Shown piece by piece: positions 1 to 20,200 of a stretch of 64,000 bases of DNA. How positions within the stretch are numbered: position 1 is the first letter of the stretch; the number at the start of each line of letters is the position of its first letter. The stretch is from Tubulanus polymorphus (lineage: Eukaryota; Animalia; Nemertea), in NCBI RefSeq assembly GCF_964204645.1, contig NC_134028.1, positions 2,914,001 through 2,978,000 on the forward strand, written 5' to 3'. The translations under genes were made by a program, and so were the position numbers. The notes beneath the pieces were generated by a model. The model ran no database searches, was not told the origin of the DNA, and saw only the letters and a list, made by a program, of their open reading frames with translations.

Positions 1-1417
1 TAACTTTGCGAACAGTAACTCGGATACGGCTGGTCAAACCGTCGATGCGCCCGCAATCGATGAAATAAATACGTTAAACGATGCGACAACGTTACACAAT
101 AATAAATCTAACGGTCACCATCACCATCGAAAGACAAGCGCGACGAAACGAGATGAGAGTCAATTTTTACCGCTGTACCGTCGAGATATATTCTACCGCG
201 GTAGTTTACTACGATTGTCATCGATACGCGATCAGGTGACCAGTCACAGCTGTCCGAATGTCTACCAAATGCACGACGATGACTCGTCGTCGAGCGATGA
301 CAGCAGCGACGGTAAACCGTGTCGATGTCACGGGCGAAAACACATCCGAAACGTCATCCGCGAAATGCTCGATATCACCATCTTAAAGAATCCACTCTAC
401 TTGTTATTGTTCATTTCGAATTTTATTTTGTATATGTGGTTCGATATTGCCTATTTTTTCTTGCCGAACTACGCGACCGAGCTCGGTGTATCGGACCAGC
501 GAGCCGCGATGGCGATATCGATAACCGGTATCGCTAATATGTTAGGACAGATCTTTTTCGGGGTGATCGGAGATCGTCCGGAGTTGAACACGGCGTATGT
601 GTATGGTGCTGCTACCGCTGTCTGCGGTGTCGCCTCGTTATTCGTCCCTTTTTGCCGAGAGTTTATTAGTATTTGGGTATATAGTGCAGTATTCGGCTTC
701 TTCATCGGAGCCAACTATTCTCTTGTCTCCGTGATTATTGTGAAAGCGCTGCTTTCACTGGAAAAACTAACAAATGCTTATGGCATAATAATGTGCGGTC
801 AGGGTGTTGCAAATCTAATCGGACCTCCTTTGGCTGGTGAGTGACTTCTTATCCCCGATGCTTTAACCCTTTCGGTGTATCTACTCCGCAGTGCGATGTA
901 TAAATCAGTGATGGACGTTGCTAGTGCACTGCACCGCTGTTTATTGATGTTATCAGTAATTACATTTTATATACCTGGTATATTGAAAATTGGCAGCACC
1001 TGTCAAACATAGCAAATTGTTGGTAAATAATGATACATGGTATTGCTGTTTAGACGCGTATAGCGGTTGCCCGTTATTCAGCACACAGTACTAAAAGGGT
1101 TAATAGATGTCAGGGATGTAACCATTCAATGCACTTTCCTGTAATCATAAACTGTATACTTTGTTTCAATTTCAGGATACCTGTACGACATCACTGGTAA
1201 CTACACGGCTACGTTTGTCTGCGGTGGAGTATGGATATTCATCTCTGGAGTTATGTTGTTCTTGGTTAAACCGATCAAGATGTGTCAGAAATGTTGCGCG
1301 AAATATCGCTCGAAAGAATCTTCATCGACGATGTCGGGCTCGTCGTCCAGGGAAACAAACTTGCAGACGACTTGTGACATCGAGTTAAAATCTGCGAGTC
1401 GCGGAGTGGCTTTATAA
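1..1417 (+). CDS. SLC16/MCT monocarboxylate transporter family (MCT12/14-like), 5'-partial; exons <1-836 and 1176-1417
   Basis: Frame open from position 2. It reads loop motif PLYRRDIFYRGSL, then MFS C-half helices (FFLPNYATELG, NMLGQIFFGVIGD, NAYGIIMCGQGVANLIGPPLAG|YLYDITGNY). GTGAGT donor at 837, TTTCAG acceptor at 1175, TAA at 1415-1417. Confidence 0.9.
867..1099. mobile_element. piggyBac-like MITE in the SLC16 intron
   Basis: TTAA|CCCTTTCGGTG ... TACTAAAAGGG|TTAA: CCCT/AGGG termini flanked by TTAA at 863-866 and 1100-1103. Confidence 0.7.
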
Positions 1418-2173
1418 TTTGACCAGCATGCTTTTAGAGAAGCCTCGCATTGCATAGATGTATCCTGGGTGCATTCATTCCCTTCAAAAAGCCGCACAAA
1501 TATCAAATTTATCTTTTGTGTTTCTGTTTGACTTGCCTAGTTCATAACTTGATTATCATTGAATACATATACATGTGTATATTTATGTATTGTCCTCTCC
1601 TAAAGTTCTGTTGCTCAGGATATTAATAGTTGAGTCGTATTTTTCCTGTTGAAAAACTTCAGGAATTGCATGGTTATGTACTACGTGCAAATGTATATCA
1701 TTGCCAAGAGCATGATTTACAGAATAAGAATAGTTGGACACTCTGTAAATACACTGGAAGCATTTAAGTTGAAAAAAAATTTTCTGAAAGTTCTGAATGA
1801 CCTACAATAAATATTACCGGTGTAGATACGGTTAAAGTTAAAAACTTGATGCCAGAGTCATACACTTATAGAAGAGCAAAAAGTGAAACTAATCTTAAGA
1901 CCTAAAATATGGAAGCTTGTTTTTCTTAATGAAATCTCTATCTTTACATCTTATTTCCACCAACAAAATCTGAAAAAGGAAATAATGTCATTTATTTTGT
2001 TTTTTTCTAAGATCTTTTTGTTATTTCTATGATATATTTTGCTGTGGGGGCTTCGTTTAGGTATGTTTTGAGCACTGAATCTAAAATTTGTGTATTTAAA
2101 TACACATCTGTATTAAATGACCAAAATCTTAGAGATTTATATTCAAAGAGTTATTGACTATTTGTTATATTCA

Positions 2174-2232
2174 TATGTATGTATGTATGTATGTACATAT
2201 GTACGTATGTATGTACATATGTACGTATGTAT
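2174..2232. repeat. (TATG)n-based microsatellite
   Basis: atatgtatgtatgtatgtatgtacatatgtacgtatgtatg... read directly. Confidence 0.85.
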
Positions 2233-2899
2233 ATACCTGATTTTTGTCTTAGTTTGAACTGTAAGTTTGTATATGTTATGTATTATGTATTTTATTACAG
2301 AGATATCAGATTGGATTTTTTGATGTGATGAAGTTCCACTCGACCGATAGAATGAAACATTTTATCACTCAGATCAGTTATTTTGACATTTGCTTCAATA
2401 CTCACATGCTCGTCAGGTCATATGTCAAATTCATACACACAGAATTTGTGAAGCCATATGACATATATTTTTGCATGCAAGGATTAGTCAGTGTGTGAAT
2501 ATATTCTATTTTGTGCTCTTGAGTTAATTCTTTTTTCTCTATGAATATACGATAACTTGCCATGCATGTTCAGCATGTACCCTGCGTATTTAAATTGCTT
2601 TTAATTTGAGAAGACCTATAGTGTAAATTCTCCATATTGTACCTCACTGCCGCATAAAAACTAAGCTTATTCTCTTGCATTTATTGTATCAGTTTAGTAG
2701 TTTGATCTGATCACTGTAGTGTTGTGTTGAAGGCAAACTGATTTTAGTTGATTTGTTTGTGAGTGGAAAATGCTGTATGCACACGACAGAGTATTCGCGT
2801 ACTTGATTATCTGTTAATGTAATAAAGGTATTTCTAAATAAATATAACCAATTAATCGAAAATAGATTTGTGGTGTCTGTCTTTTCATCTTTTCAATCA

Positions 2900-3842
2900 G
2901 AGGGTGGCCACTTTCTACACATTGACAAATCCCCCGAGTTTTCCCTGATTTTTTCAAGTGATAACACAATTCATGCCGATATAGCTACGATCCTAATACA
3001 TCCACTTTTCAGGGATCTATCAAGATGCGTTTATCGCTTTTCATTGCTACTGAAACAACAGAATTGCTTTATGATGACGGCGATCGGGAGATAAAGCTAG
3101 TCGGCAGCCATAATACATCAAGTCATTTTAAATAGGGCGGGTGTGACAAGTTGGCCAAGTCAGCCAATCACTGATCGCTGTTCTACATGTGGATTCAAAC
3201 CACAAATTTCTTGAACTAGTTCATAAATTGACCATCACTGACCACCACTGACCAATTCAAACAAAAAAAATCAAAGCCAGGTGAATGGTACATTTTACAG
3301 TTCTGTAAATACTCTCATCTGTACACAGACCACCGCCTAACGTTAGAACTCTGAAGCAAGTTATACATTTGCTCTAAAATTGTTGGTACAACTTTTAAGG
3401 CGCACCGGATTGGTCAGTCGTCCAAGATACATTTAAATTATTTCCAATCGAAGAAATTGGTTTTTAACAAATGTTAAAAAAGCATAGCCAGTGTACAGAA
3501 CTGTAGGCGAGGGCCCCACAAATTTTGGCCAAGTCATGATTTTTAAAACATTAAAATCCAAAAACGAGAATATTACGCATATCAACTTTTTTATTGCGTC
3601 TATAAGTCTAAAACTTTATGTCGACATATTTTCACACATACAACTCTTTAAATCCTGACAACTTAAGGTTCAGGCTAAGCACATTATTTCACACTAAGCA
3701 TATAAAAAGAACCACTATTTCTAAGATTGGTTGATAGAAGACTAAAAGACCAATTCATCCAGGTTTATATGTATATTATGCATATTCCCTGATTTGATAT
3801 TTCTGACATTCCCTCAAGGTTTCCAGGATCAGTGGCCACTGA
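2900..3842. mobile_element. Degenerate hAT-like non-autonomous element with AGGGTGGCCAC termini
   Basis: AGGGTGGCCACT at 2901 and AGTGGCCACT at 3831, with subterminal TTCCCTGA motifs; same end structure as the element at 15552-15751. No TSD seen. Confidence 0.45.
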
Positions 3843-4070
3843 GTCAGTATGATATAGCCAAATCGATGACCCACGATCTAAGAACTATTTTCCATTGCGT
3901 TACATTTGTTGGTGGTCTAACATAAAATGACCAAATCTGTTGCCAAATTCCCAAAATGAATGTCCTCTTTGAAAAAAGTATAAGTGGTAGTTTTCATTGG
4001 ATTTCAAGATGTGGCATGCGAGGTATAGGCAATTTGGTGCTTTTCGCTTTCCGCAAATGTCAATTGAATA

Positions 4071-4084
4071 TCGCCAGGTGGCGT
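4071..4084 (+). promoter_or_regulatory. CTCF-like motif upstream of PDPK1
   Basis: TCGCCAGGTGGCGT resembles the CTCF core CCASYAGRKGGCR, about 130 bp upstream of the ATG. Motif match only. Confidence 0.4.
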
Positions 4085-4206
4085 GTCTTTTCTTGGAACA
4101 GCTGAAGTAAACAACAATAATTAGAAAAAGTAATTGAAAGTGACTGAAAAAACGATCGAACTACTCATAATATTGACAGTGTTGGCGCACTTAGCTTCAC
4201 TTGACG

Positions 4207-7200
4207 ATGGTAAGCAGATTAAACCTTTACATTTCAATGATTGATAAGTCATCGACGTGGTCCTGAAAAAAATTTCCAATTTGTCATTTAAAATAGTCTG
4301 TTTTTATTCCGTTCACATAAAGACAATTCTGCGCCGAATATCCTGACCCTGTATACTCGTTTGGTATCACATTTCCGCAATATATGGCACTAGTGTGACT
4401 TAGGGTTAGACCTAAAGGAAAGGGTTAAAGGGATTGAATTTAAACTTTTAAACTATAGATGCTCCAAAATTTCCAACGGCAAAATGTCACAATCTTTTTT
4501 ATTGCAGTCGACAGCCAGTCCAGGAGATTCGGGCAGCGGCTCTCGACGGGAGAGAAATGATCCCCCAATAAAGTCATCATCTCCAGTAGCTACTAGTGCT
4601 AAGACCCCACACAAAAAGAAACCCACCGATTTCAAATTTGGCAAACTTATCGGTGAAGGATCATTTTCATCTGTAGGTATCAAGCAAATGTCAATCAATT
4701 GCGGGTTATTTAAAAGATGAGAAATTAGAATCTAAATTTGTTGAAATTTCAGGTGTTCTTAGCGAAAGAAATAAGTAATGGCAAAGAATATGCAAGTAAG
4801 AATTACCGACTTACCGACTTAACCTTGTCCTGTTTTGGCAGTTGCGATTTATTGATTGATACCTCATTATTGCGATGCTCCTTTTTCAGTGAAAGTTTGT
4901 GATAAAGCACAGATAATTCGTGAGAAGAAAGTCGCGTACATATCACGTGAAAAAGAAATCCTGTATCGTATAAATCATCCGTTCTTCGTTAAACTACATT
5001 TCACTTTTCAAGATACGGAGAAGCTTTGTATCCTTTTTTGATGATGACAAAATGTGAGCATGTACCCCGCTGTCACAGGGAGCATGTACCCGTGCTGTCA
5101 CAGGGAGCATGTACCCGTGCTGTCACAGGGAGCATGTACCCGTGCTGTCACAGGGAGCATGTACCCGTGCTGTCACAGGGAGCATGTACCTGTGCTGTCA
5201 CAGGGAGCATTTACCCGCACTGTCACAGGGAGCATGTACCCGTGCTGTCACAGGGAGCATGTACCCGTGCTGTCACAGGGAGCATGTACCCGTGCTGTCA
5301 CGGAGCATGTACCTGTGCTGTCGCAGGGAGCATGTACCCGTGCTGTCACAGGGAGCATGTACCCGTGCTGTCACAGGGAGCATGTACCCGTGCTGTCACA
5401 GGGAGCATGTACCCGTGCTGTCGCAGGGAGCATGTACCCGTGCTGTCGCAGGGAGCATGTACCTGCACTGTCACAGGGAGCATGTACCCGTGCTGTCACA
5501 GGGAGCATGTACCTGTGCTGTCACAGGGAGAATTTACCTGCACTGTCATAGGGAGCATGTACCCCGCTGTCACAGGGAGCATGTACCCCGCTGTCACAGG
5601 GAGCATTTACCCATGCTGTCACAGGATAATCAGGCACGGAGTTCATGTTATGCCATCAAGTTCGGTCATCATGGCATTATAGCGTTAGCTGCTGGATAGA
5701 AATTGCTAATTAACTTCATGAGTTATTGATTCTTGACAAGTTTAATCGACAGATTTCGGATTAAGCTATGCAAGACGCGGAGAGCTTTTAGATTATCTCA
5801 AGAAACTCGGTTCATTCGATGAACACTGCACTCAGTTTTATTCGGCGGAAATAATTCTTGCCCTTGAACACTTACACAGTCAAGGTATCATTCATAGGTA
5901 AATCAGATTTAATCATCAAGAAACAATCGGATATTTCTTTCGATAGCTAAATGACTGAAGTTTCGAAGATTAGTCTACATCATTGTCAAACACGACCGGC
6001 AATTATTTGATTCATCTTTGTATCTGTAGGGACTTAAAGCCGGAAAATATTTTACTGAATGATGAAATGCATATTCAAGTAACGGATTTCGGATCGGCGA
6101 AAATTATGGACGGAAATCAGCATTCATCGACCAGTTCATCATCTTCATCAGCGAGTCAATCTTCAGGTATGTTCGACCTTCTAATTATGTACGGCGGCTA
6201 CTGATCTAACAAGTGTAAAGTGATTTTGGTGATGAAGATTAGTGTAGATGCTAAAAAAAAGTTTGTAGAGCAGGCAGTAAAAGGATTATATATTTTGCTA
6301 TATTTTTCTAGCAGACGGTAATGAATCTAGCGGAGTAACTCGTCGATTAGAGCGTCGTAACTCATTTGTGGGTACTGCTCAATACGTGTCTCCTGAGGTG
6401 CTAAAAAGTCAAAGTTCTTATTATAGGTAAAATCTTTTCCACTTCTAAAGCAGGGTCCCTATAACTCCTTGATTCCTTTAAGACTTGTTCTAAACAACAA
6501 ATGTTTTAAACGTGCTTGAAACTCCTTTTATTTGAGCAAAATGCATGAAAATCCTTCAATTTTGAGAAATTGGTAATTAGATAGATATTTTAGAAGTTGT
6601 ACAGCAGACTACCCCTAATTGTGTACAGTTGAAGTCTGGATTTTTGTTATCCAATTAGGTGGTTACCGTATTAAAAACCAAGTTTACATAGTGTAAAGAA
6701 TAAGATTTGTTTACAAAACCAACAAATTTACGGTTTACCAAGATGAACAGTACTGATTAAGGATGAGTCTACGAAAGTGATGCAGACACTTCCTCAAAAT
6801 TAGAAATTTCCTTGTTTGAAACTGCTTGAAAACTTAAATCCAGAAATGACTGATCTGTTGGGACCCTGTAAAGCCACACTGTGTATTCCATGCGCGTATT
6901 AGCTTATTTTTTCTGTTTACAGTTCGGATCTGTGGGCACTAGGTTGTATAATATATCAAATGTTGTCTGGATTGCCTCCGCTCAGAGGACGACATGAATA
7001 TGAAATATTTCAAAAAATCTGTAAATTAGAATATGAATTCCCTGAAGGGTTTAACCCGACTGCCAAACATTTAGTGGAATCGTTGTTGGTAAGTAACTGC
7101 ATACGAGATTTGGGATTGATTTGAAAATAGATCGGTACATGGTCATGAGTTAATCGCCTGGCTTTTGTTATTTTAGGTGTTAGATCCAACAAAAAGGCTC

Positions 7201-8461
7201 GGTTGTGAAGAGATGGGTGGTTATCCACAACTGAAAAGTCATTCTTTTTATCATAATATAAACTGGGATCAGTTACCAAATGAGAAACCGCCTCAACTAT
7301 TGCCATACCTACCTGCTACTAATACATCCATGGAAAACTTATGGAGTGAATGTACAGTAAGAATATTTCAACATTCATCTAGCTATTTGTTAAAATCATG
7401 AAGTCTGCTCTTTTGTGGTAAAATGGAAAGGAAGTTTGAACCATAGATAACAATACAACATCGCACCAAGTTATAGCTAACGCCGTTCGAATAGTCTGAA
7501 CCAAATACTGCCACATTCATTTTTTGTATTTTCAGGCTGGATTTGATGATGTACAATACTCCAGATTATTAGGTATAGAGCTTCATGACTCTCGTAAATC
7601 TCAATCAGAGGAAAAGAGGTAATCAGTTAAAACTCATTTCGAAAAAACTCGCAAAATAGATTCATTAAATGCAAAGGTTTATTCGTTTTTTAGCTCGGAA
7701 CAACTCAACGCAAAAAGTGAAAGCAATGGCACGGATGTGAACAACAGTAATTTGAACCACGCGACAGAAAGCAGTAGTAGCAGCAGCAACGTAGCGAGTA
7801 GCAGTGGATTAACGACAGTCCAGGAGAGACACAATTTACTCGTTAAACAAGCGGCAGAAAATGAATATCATCAGTTTGTAGAAGGGAATTTAATCCTCAA
7901 ACAAGGTCTAGTCGATAAACGAAAGGTATTCTATTTATATCGTTACTAGTTTGGTGTTTATAATAAGTCACTACATTTTCTGTAAATTTTGCCTCGTATG
8001 TTTTCAGGGCTTATTTGCTCGCCGTAGAATGCTGCTCCTAACCGAAGGACCACATCTTTACTACGTCGATCCTGCTAATATGGTTCTCAAAGGTGAAATG
8101 CCATGGTAAGTCGGTGACCGCACTGTTGCTAGAATATTCAATCGAGCTCGTCAAGCAGCGATTAATTCAATATTTTAGGTCCTCTCATCTGTGGCCTGAG
8201 GCGAAAAACTTCAAGATATTTTTTGTTCATACTGTAAGTAATTCCATTCTAAATTCCAGTTGAAACATAACGCTGAAGTTAAAAGCTACGAATACATCTT
8301 TTGTTTTTCAGCCAAACCGAACTTATTACCTAGAAGATCCTCAGGGTTACGCGTTGGAATGGGTTAAACGTATTCGCGAAGTGAAAGACTATTATTACGA
8401 GGACAATACTGCTTCACCGTCTAATTCTCCGCCGACAATGTCTAAAACTACAAAATCTTAG
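4207..8461 (+). CDS. PDPK1: 3-phosphoinositide-dependent protein kinase 1 (multi-exon)
   Basis: ATG|gtaag at 4207. Spliced exons give [32 protein letters not shown]|[41 protein letters not shown] and a C-terminal PH domain ([13 protein letters not shown]|[22 protein letters not shown]). TAG at 8459-8461. Confidence 0.97.
5028..5752 (+). other. U12-type (minor spliceosome) GT-AG intron of PDPK1
   Basis: 5' site GTATCCTTTT at 5028. Branch site TTCTTGAC at 5730-5737, 16 nt before the AG at 5751-5752, with no polypyrimidine tract. Splicing restores EKL-Y-FGLSYA. Confidence 0.88.
5056..5625. repeat. 25-bp tandem minisatellite, about 23 copies
   Basis: Unit GGGAGCATGTACCCGTGCTGTCACA with variants; the repetitive ORF translation has a 25-aa (3-unit) period. 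Confidence 0.95.
6451..6868. mobile_element. hAT-like MITE with 5-bp TSD in a PDPK1 intron
   Basis: TAAAG|CAGGGTCCC ... GGGACCCTG|TAAAG: 9-bp TIR and 5-bp direct repeat; related copy near 50038-50316. Confidence 0.8.
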
Positions 8462-9006
8462 TACCAGTACTACCTAAAAAAAAACTATATTAGTTTCAAT
8501 TCGTAATTTATTATTTATCATCGATCGTTCAGTGTGCTGCTGTTGCACCATCGCAGGGATTACGCCGAGAAATATCCGTTCATTTTTCGTTCCGCTTCTG
8601 GACATCCTCCTGTGTAGGGATTCGAATCTGATAGCTTTCAGACACTGCCATAGCAGAACTAAGCGACCATTCGTGCACTAGGACATTTTATACCATTGAA
8701 TACAGCATTTCATTTAGCCAGTAAATTCTACAGAAAAGAAGATGTCAAAAGGCAATCTGTGCACGAAAAGCTACACTACTTAATAAGGGTTCCGTACTGT
8801 GGCAGAATCTTGTAATGCGATCAGCTTCAAATCTTTATGAGGGAGGATATTTTGATTCGCGTTGCAGTGCCGTGTGAATGCAGATGAACAGTTTTAACTA
8901 ATAGTCAGGCACTCCTCACTTGCCTGGGATGCCTCTGCATTTCGATGATGATGTGCTATATACTATATCCATGATGATATGTAAAATAAATTTGTTTAAA
9001 TTATTC

Positions 9007-9172
9007 CCTGATTAAAGCTTTCTCTCAGTATGAAATTTACGTTTCTATATCACATGATAATAATATTTCGTGCAATGTTTCTTGTATTGTACAGTTTAAG
9101 GTTCTTCATTTAAGTTCAGGGAACGTCATCGATCAGATACTCATAACTATATGACTTGGGACCAAAATCAGG
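9007..9172. repeat. Dispersed ~165-bp repeat, copy 1 (possible MITE)
   Basis: CCTGATTAAAGCTTT.TCTCAGTA ... TTCAGGGAA ... CAGATACT ... TTGGGAC..AAATCAGG is shared with 10272-10432; ends CCTGATT/AATCAGG are inverted. Confidence 0.65.
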
Positions 9173-9485
9173 TTTTTCGAGGCTTTTGATGGAATATTGT
9201 AGAAAAAATAATCATAATTCGTCAAACTATTTATTGTTTAAGCTGTTTCCATCTAATGGTTGCTGCTTCCTTGTAAGAAATTACCGAATAAATGATCATA
9301 TTATTTCCGAATATTGCATATTACTTTGTTGTGTTTGTCTTTGGTTAAAGAATTGGCCAATTCATCGACATTTGGGAGTCAATTGTGCAAATATACTCGG
9401 GATTCGAACCTTCGAACACCTTCATTACGGGTACCTGTTACTACGATCTAACTGCCACCTGAATAGAATAAGAGTTCGGGTCGCT

Positions 9486-15932
<6,447 letters not shown>

Positions 15933-17267
15933 TCTTCTGTCCCGTCGTTATTTTCTTTCTCGCGTGTAAACAATTTATATAGAACTACCGCAATATGACA
16001 ACCAGCGAAATATTGACAACAGACTTAGAAAAAATCTGCATCGAATTTTTAATAGCGATGTCTAATTCTAAGAAATGATATGTTGAAAGAAATTTCGAGT
16101 TGCTTAAGCATATTTGACACGATGAAATGAAGTATTTCAATAAACCGCTTCCAGAAATTCTGTTTAATATATTATTATCGTATGGTGAAAAAGTTAGTAT
16201 CGTTAGCAAGTCAAATTGTCGCATAAACTAACAACTATACATGTGCTCAAAGCCTGTTAAAAACGTGCTAAACATTTGTCAAATTGTTTATTAGTGTATG
16301 TAATGACTAAATTAATAAGAGAAATTTCTATGAATACTGATCGCCTGATGCATGTGGATTTCTTCGTTACGATCTAACTACTTATTCTTATCGTCCATAG
16401 TTTCCAAATTCTAAGATCCGAACCATTAACGTTAGATAAACACATTAAAACTGTGCTAAAAACTTCTATATAGGATTATTAAGTACAAATCTGTTAGTGC
16501 GAGTGAAATAAGTATAACTCGATATGTAATTAGGAATATTGTACAGTTTGATATAACGTTAGTAGAAAGAATATCACACGATACATGTGTGACCAGGTGA
16601 TATGCACGTCGTTAGGATCGGTTCTAATTCTTGCAGTGAATGTTATGTTGTTTAGTTTGAGTATTCTGTTATTTAGGGTCCAATAGACTGGCAGAAATAA
16701 TGTGCATCCCTTATGTATAGAGACATACATTTGTATTAGACAATAATAAATGATTTTTGTTGACCATACATGATGTCTTATTAGTTCATTCATTAAATCC
16801 GTGGTATTGAGCCTGGTCTTGGAGGTGATAGAGCTACAAAGCGTCATTGGTTCCCTGTCCAACAGTCAAATTAAATTGAAAAACAACACGTCAGAAATAC
16901 AGAAAAGGCAATTATTTTATACTTCCAGTATTTATTATAATATCTCAAAAAACGTACAAGTTAACAAAATGTAACTATGAGCTCGCAGATGCAGGTGTAC
17001 TGGTACATAGATTGATTTGACAGCATTATTAGCACGGCTAGTTTAACGACACATGAATTAAAATGTCATACAAATTGTAAATAATTCAACATAATTATAT
17101 TCTATTTCATAACTGATCTAAATATAACAAATAACAGCACTATATTAATATCATTCTCGACTAGAATAGATGAAGCAACATGTAAGGAATGTTAAATGCA
17201 TTGAAAGCATAAGATATCTTTATATAAAATCCATGCAGAAATGTGTCTCATCTGTCTGCGATCACGA

Positions 17268-20200
17268 TTATCGAATAAGAATATTCGCTAAAGTTTGAAT
17301 TTTATCTCGATTGTTGTATAAGTATACTTTAGTCTCCATCAGTATTTTCAACAATGTGGCGTTGTCGTGACAATCGAGAGGTACATCTTCGGATAACGGC
17401 GGACTGAATCTGAAGTACGGGATATTCAACATACCGCACCACGAACGAGCCCGGTCGACCGGTCGTCCTTCTGCATTCGTCGCCTGGTCTATCAGCAGAT
17501 TGCCTAAAGCCGAGATTCCGAACGCTGTCCTCGCTACATCGAGAATTCCCTCCGGTCGAAATACATCACAACTATCTACTTTAGATACGGGTATTCTTCC
17601 AGTTCCGAGTGAAACTACACATCCAACCGGTAATGATACATGTGAATCTCCCTGTTAACAGAAAAATATTACCAATTACTTCATGGTTTTACATCTGGAT
17701 CTAACTCCAATTGAAACCCAGGGATCAATATCAGTCTAGACACAAGTCTGCCTAACCACTTGCACCTGGGCCTAGAACTCTACCCTTACTCACCCTTGCC
17801 TGGGCGACAGTGTTGAATTCATGTATTTCTGTGAGCGTATCCAGAGTCGGATTATTAGCCACTAGTCCACCATCTAACATTCTTCCACAAGCTCTGAAAT
17901 ACGTGGGTGCTGCGCCACTGCACCGCGCTGCTCGCCAGACTAACTGGTCTGAAATACATGAGAGAGAATCATTCTAAATCTTTCTTAAGAATATCTAACT
18001 TAGGTTAAGAGGATCTCAATAATTTTCATTGTGCATAGTTTAAGATTATCGTTTGATTTACCTTTAGGCAGGGTGATAGGTGCAAAGTTTATATTCGTCG
18101 CCATTCCAGCCTGCTGATCGTAAGCCAATAAAGGTGGCTCATAATTACGAAATAGATGAAGATCAGCTGGATGTCGATCACCCAGGACACCAGTAACTAT
18201 AACTCTGTAATATAAATTACAACATAATAATCATTGATATTCTTTACATTATTAGTTTTGTATCTTGTTAATAGGGCGGAGACTCAGGAGTGCTCACCGA
18301 GGTTTAGTGACTTCGTTCATTTTTGTATGTTCGCCGAATTCTTTCTTGAGAAAGTTTTCAAGCGGTTCCGATGGATACGGCCGTTTACCACAAAATACAC
18401 TGTCTTTCAATCGGAAATACAAACCCTGCGTATATCTGACACTTTTACCTAATACAGAACAAATTCTAAGTATATTGTAAGATCCCAAATTTATTTAATA
18501 ATCAATTGAAATATCAGTATGGCATTGTCGTCTCACCGTGCACAATAGCTAGAGCCAGAATTCCACCAGTGCTCGTGCCGGATATCCAGTCAAAACAATC
18601 TTTTATAGGTCGACCAGTCGCTTCTTCGATAGCTTTCAATATCTGTATGAGGACGAGTCCTCGGATGCCTCCACCATCGAGACACAATACCTGCAACAGT
18701 ACATCGAGGCATTGAGAACAAATCATTTCATTAATTCACTGGGAAATCAGTGTTATTCTAGTTTACCCGATGTCCAGTAGTGTGAGCCACTGTGCTACGT
18801 GTTAGGGCTGCCGATATCGCTGCCGCTCCAATCAAATCATCATACACTAAAATATAAGAAAAAGCTTTTAGCTTCATAACTTGAGCAGAGTCTACTGTAT
18901 CGACTAACAGGCGGAAAAGCAATGCATTATTAACGAAGGCTTTACTTACAGCGGTTTTTAGCATCACCCATGAGATTAAGTTTCTGATTCACTGCGCCGA
19001 CATATGTTCCTTGGAAATGGCAGCCTGTATTGCAGCCACCCATCGTATCAGGACACCTGGCCGCTCCAATATTATGCAATTCATTCAACACAATATCCCT
19101 ATTTACGAATAAAACAATCCAACATTAATATAGACTTATAGTTATGTATCTAACATGGCAGTTAAACAAGAAACAGTTTTCAAATTATCCAAGATGTATT
19201 TCAGAATATTCTAGAATTTGTAGAATTTCTACCTATTTGGTAAACGACTGTTAGCTGCTAAATGTCGAGCAGTTTCTCTCTTAGAATTCGGAACATCGAT
19301 ATTCACCCCAAATACGATCAACGCTCGTACAATATCAATATTATCGGTCTAAAATATAAACACATAAATGAAAATATGAAAACTATTTTTAGCAATAGAA
19401 TTTCGCTGATACGGCAATACTTACAGCTATGGCTAAATGCAATGGAGTATTGCCATTTTGATCGATGACAGCGACATTAGCGTCCTGACACAATAACGCC
19501 ATAACACACTGTAACCTGTTGCGTCTAACCATTATGTGTAAAGCAGTTTCACCGGTTTTATTTCTCACCTCTAGATCGATCTTTTTATCGAATAACATGT
19601 GAACAGCCTGCAACAAACGAAACCGTTCAGCTTCTCGGCGAGAATAATTCAGAAATCGTTGGAATCGAGAATTTCGCCTACCTCAGCAGTTTTAGCCCAA
19701 TGTAAAGCAGTTCCTCCGTATTTCGAATCTTGGAGTTGAAGAACAGCACGACACCAACGAATCAGTTTCTCAGCACAACTAAAAACATACTTTTATGATA
19801 AGTGAGAGACGCAGGAAGATGAACAGGGAGAGAAAGAGGTAGGGCTGCCAAATTCTGAAAAGTGCTATCAGTAAAACATTTTTTTTCAGTAACATTTCAT
19901 TGAAATATTAAAGAAAATGTTCAAATTAATCAGTAATCAACAGTAAGACCCTCAGTAACATCTTTCATCTGTATATGTCAAAAAAAGCAAATCAGTATTT
20001 CTCATTATGAAATAGAGATGAATACTGAAAATAATAAGGAACAATTGGCAGCTCTAAAGAGGGACAGGAAGATGGACAGGGAGTTTGACAGGCAGGTTTA
20101 CCTCATACTATTTCCTTTCATAGCGCAGTGAATTGGGAATCTGAATGATCCACTGATGCGTGGATCAGCATTCCAGCGTAACAATAACTCAACGCAATCA

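Noticed and set aside
5026-5699. Three long Cys/His-rich ORFs and a CRISPR-like appearance
   Set aside because: This is a head-to-tail 25-bp tandem repeat with no unique spacers, inside a PDPK1 intron; the ORFs are artefacts of a stop-free repeat.
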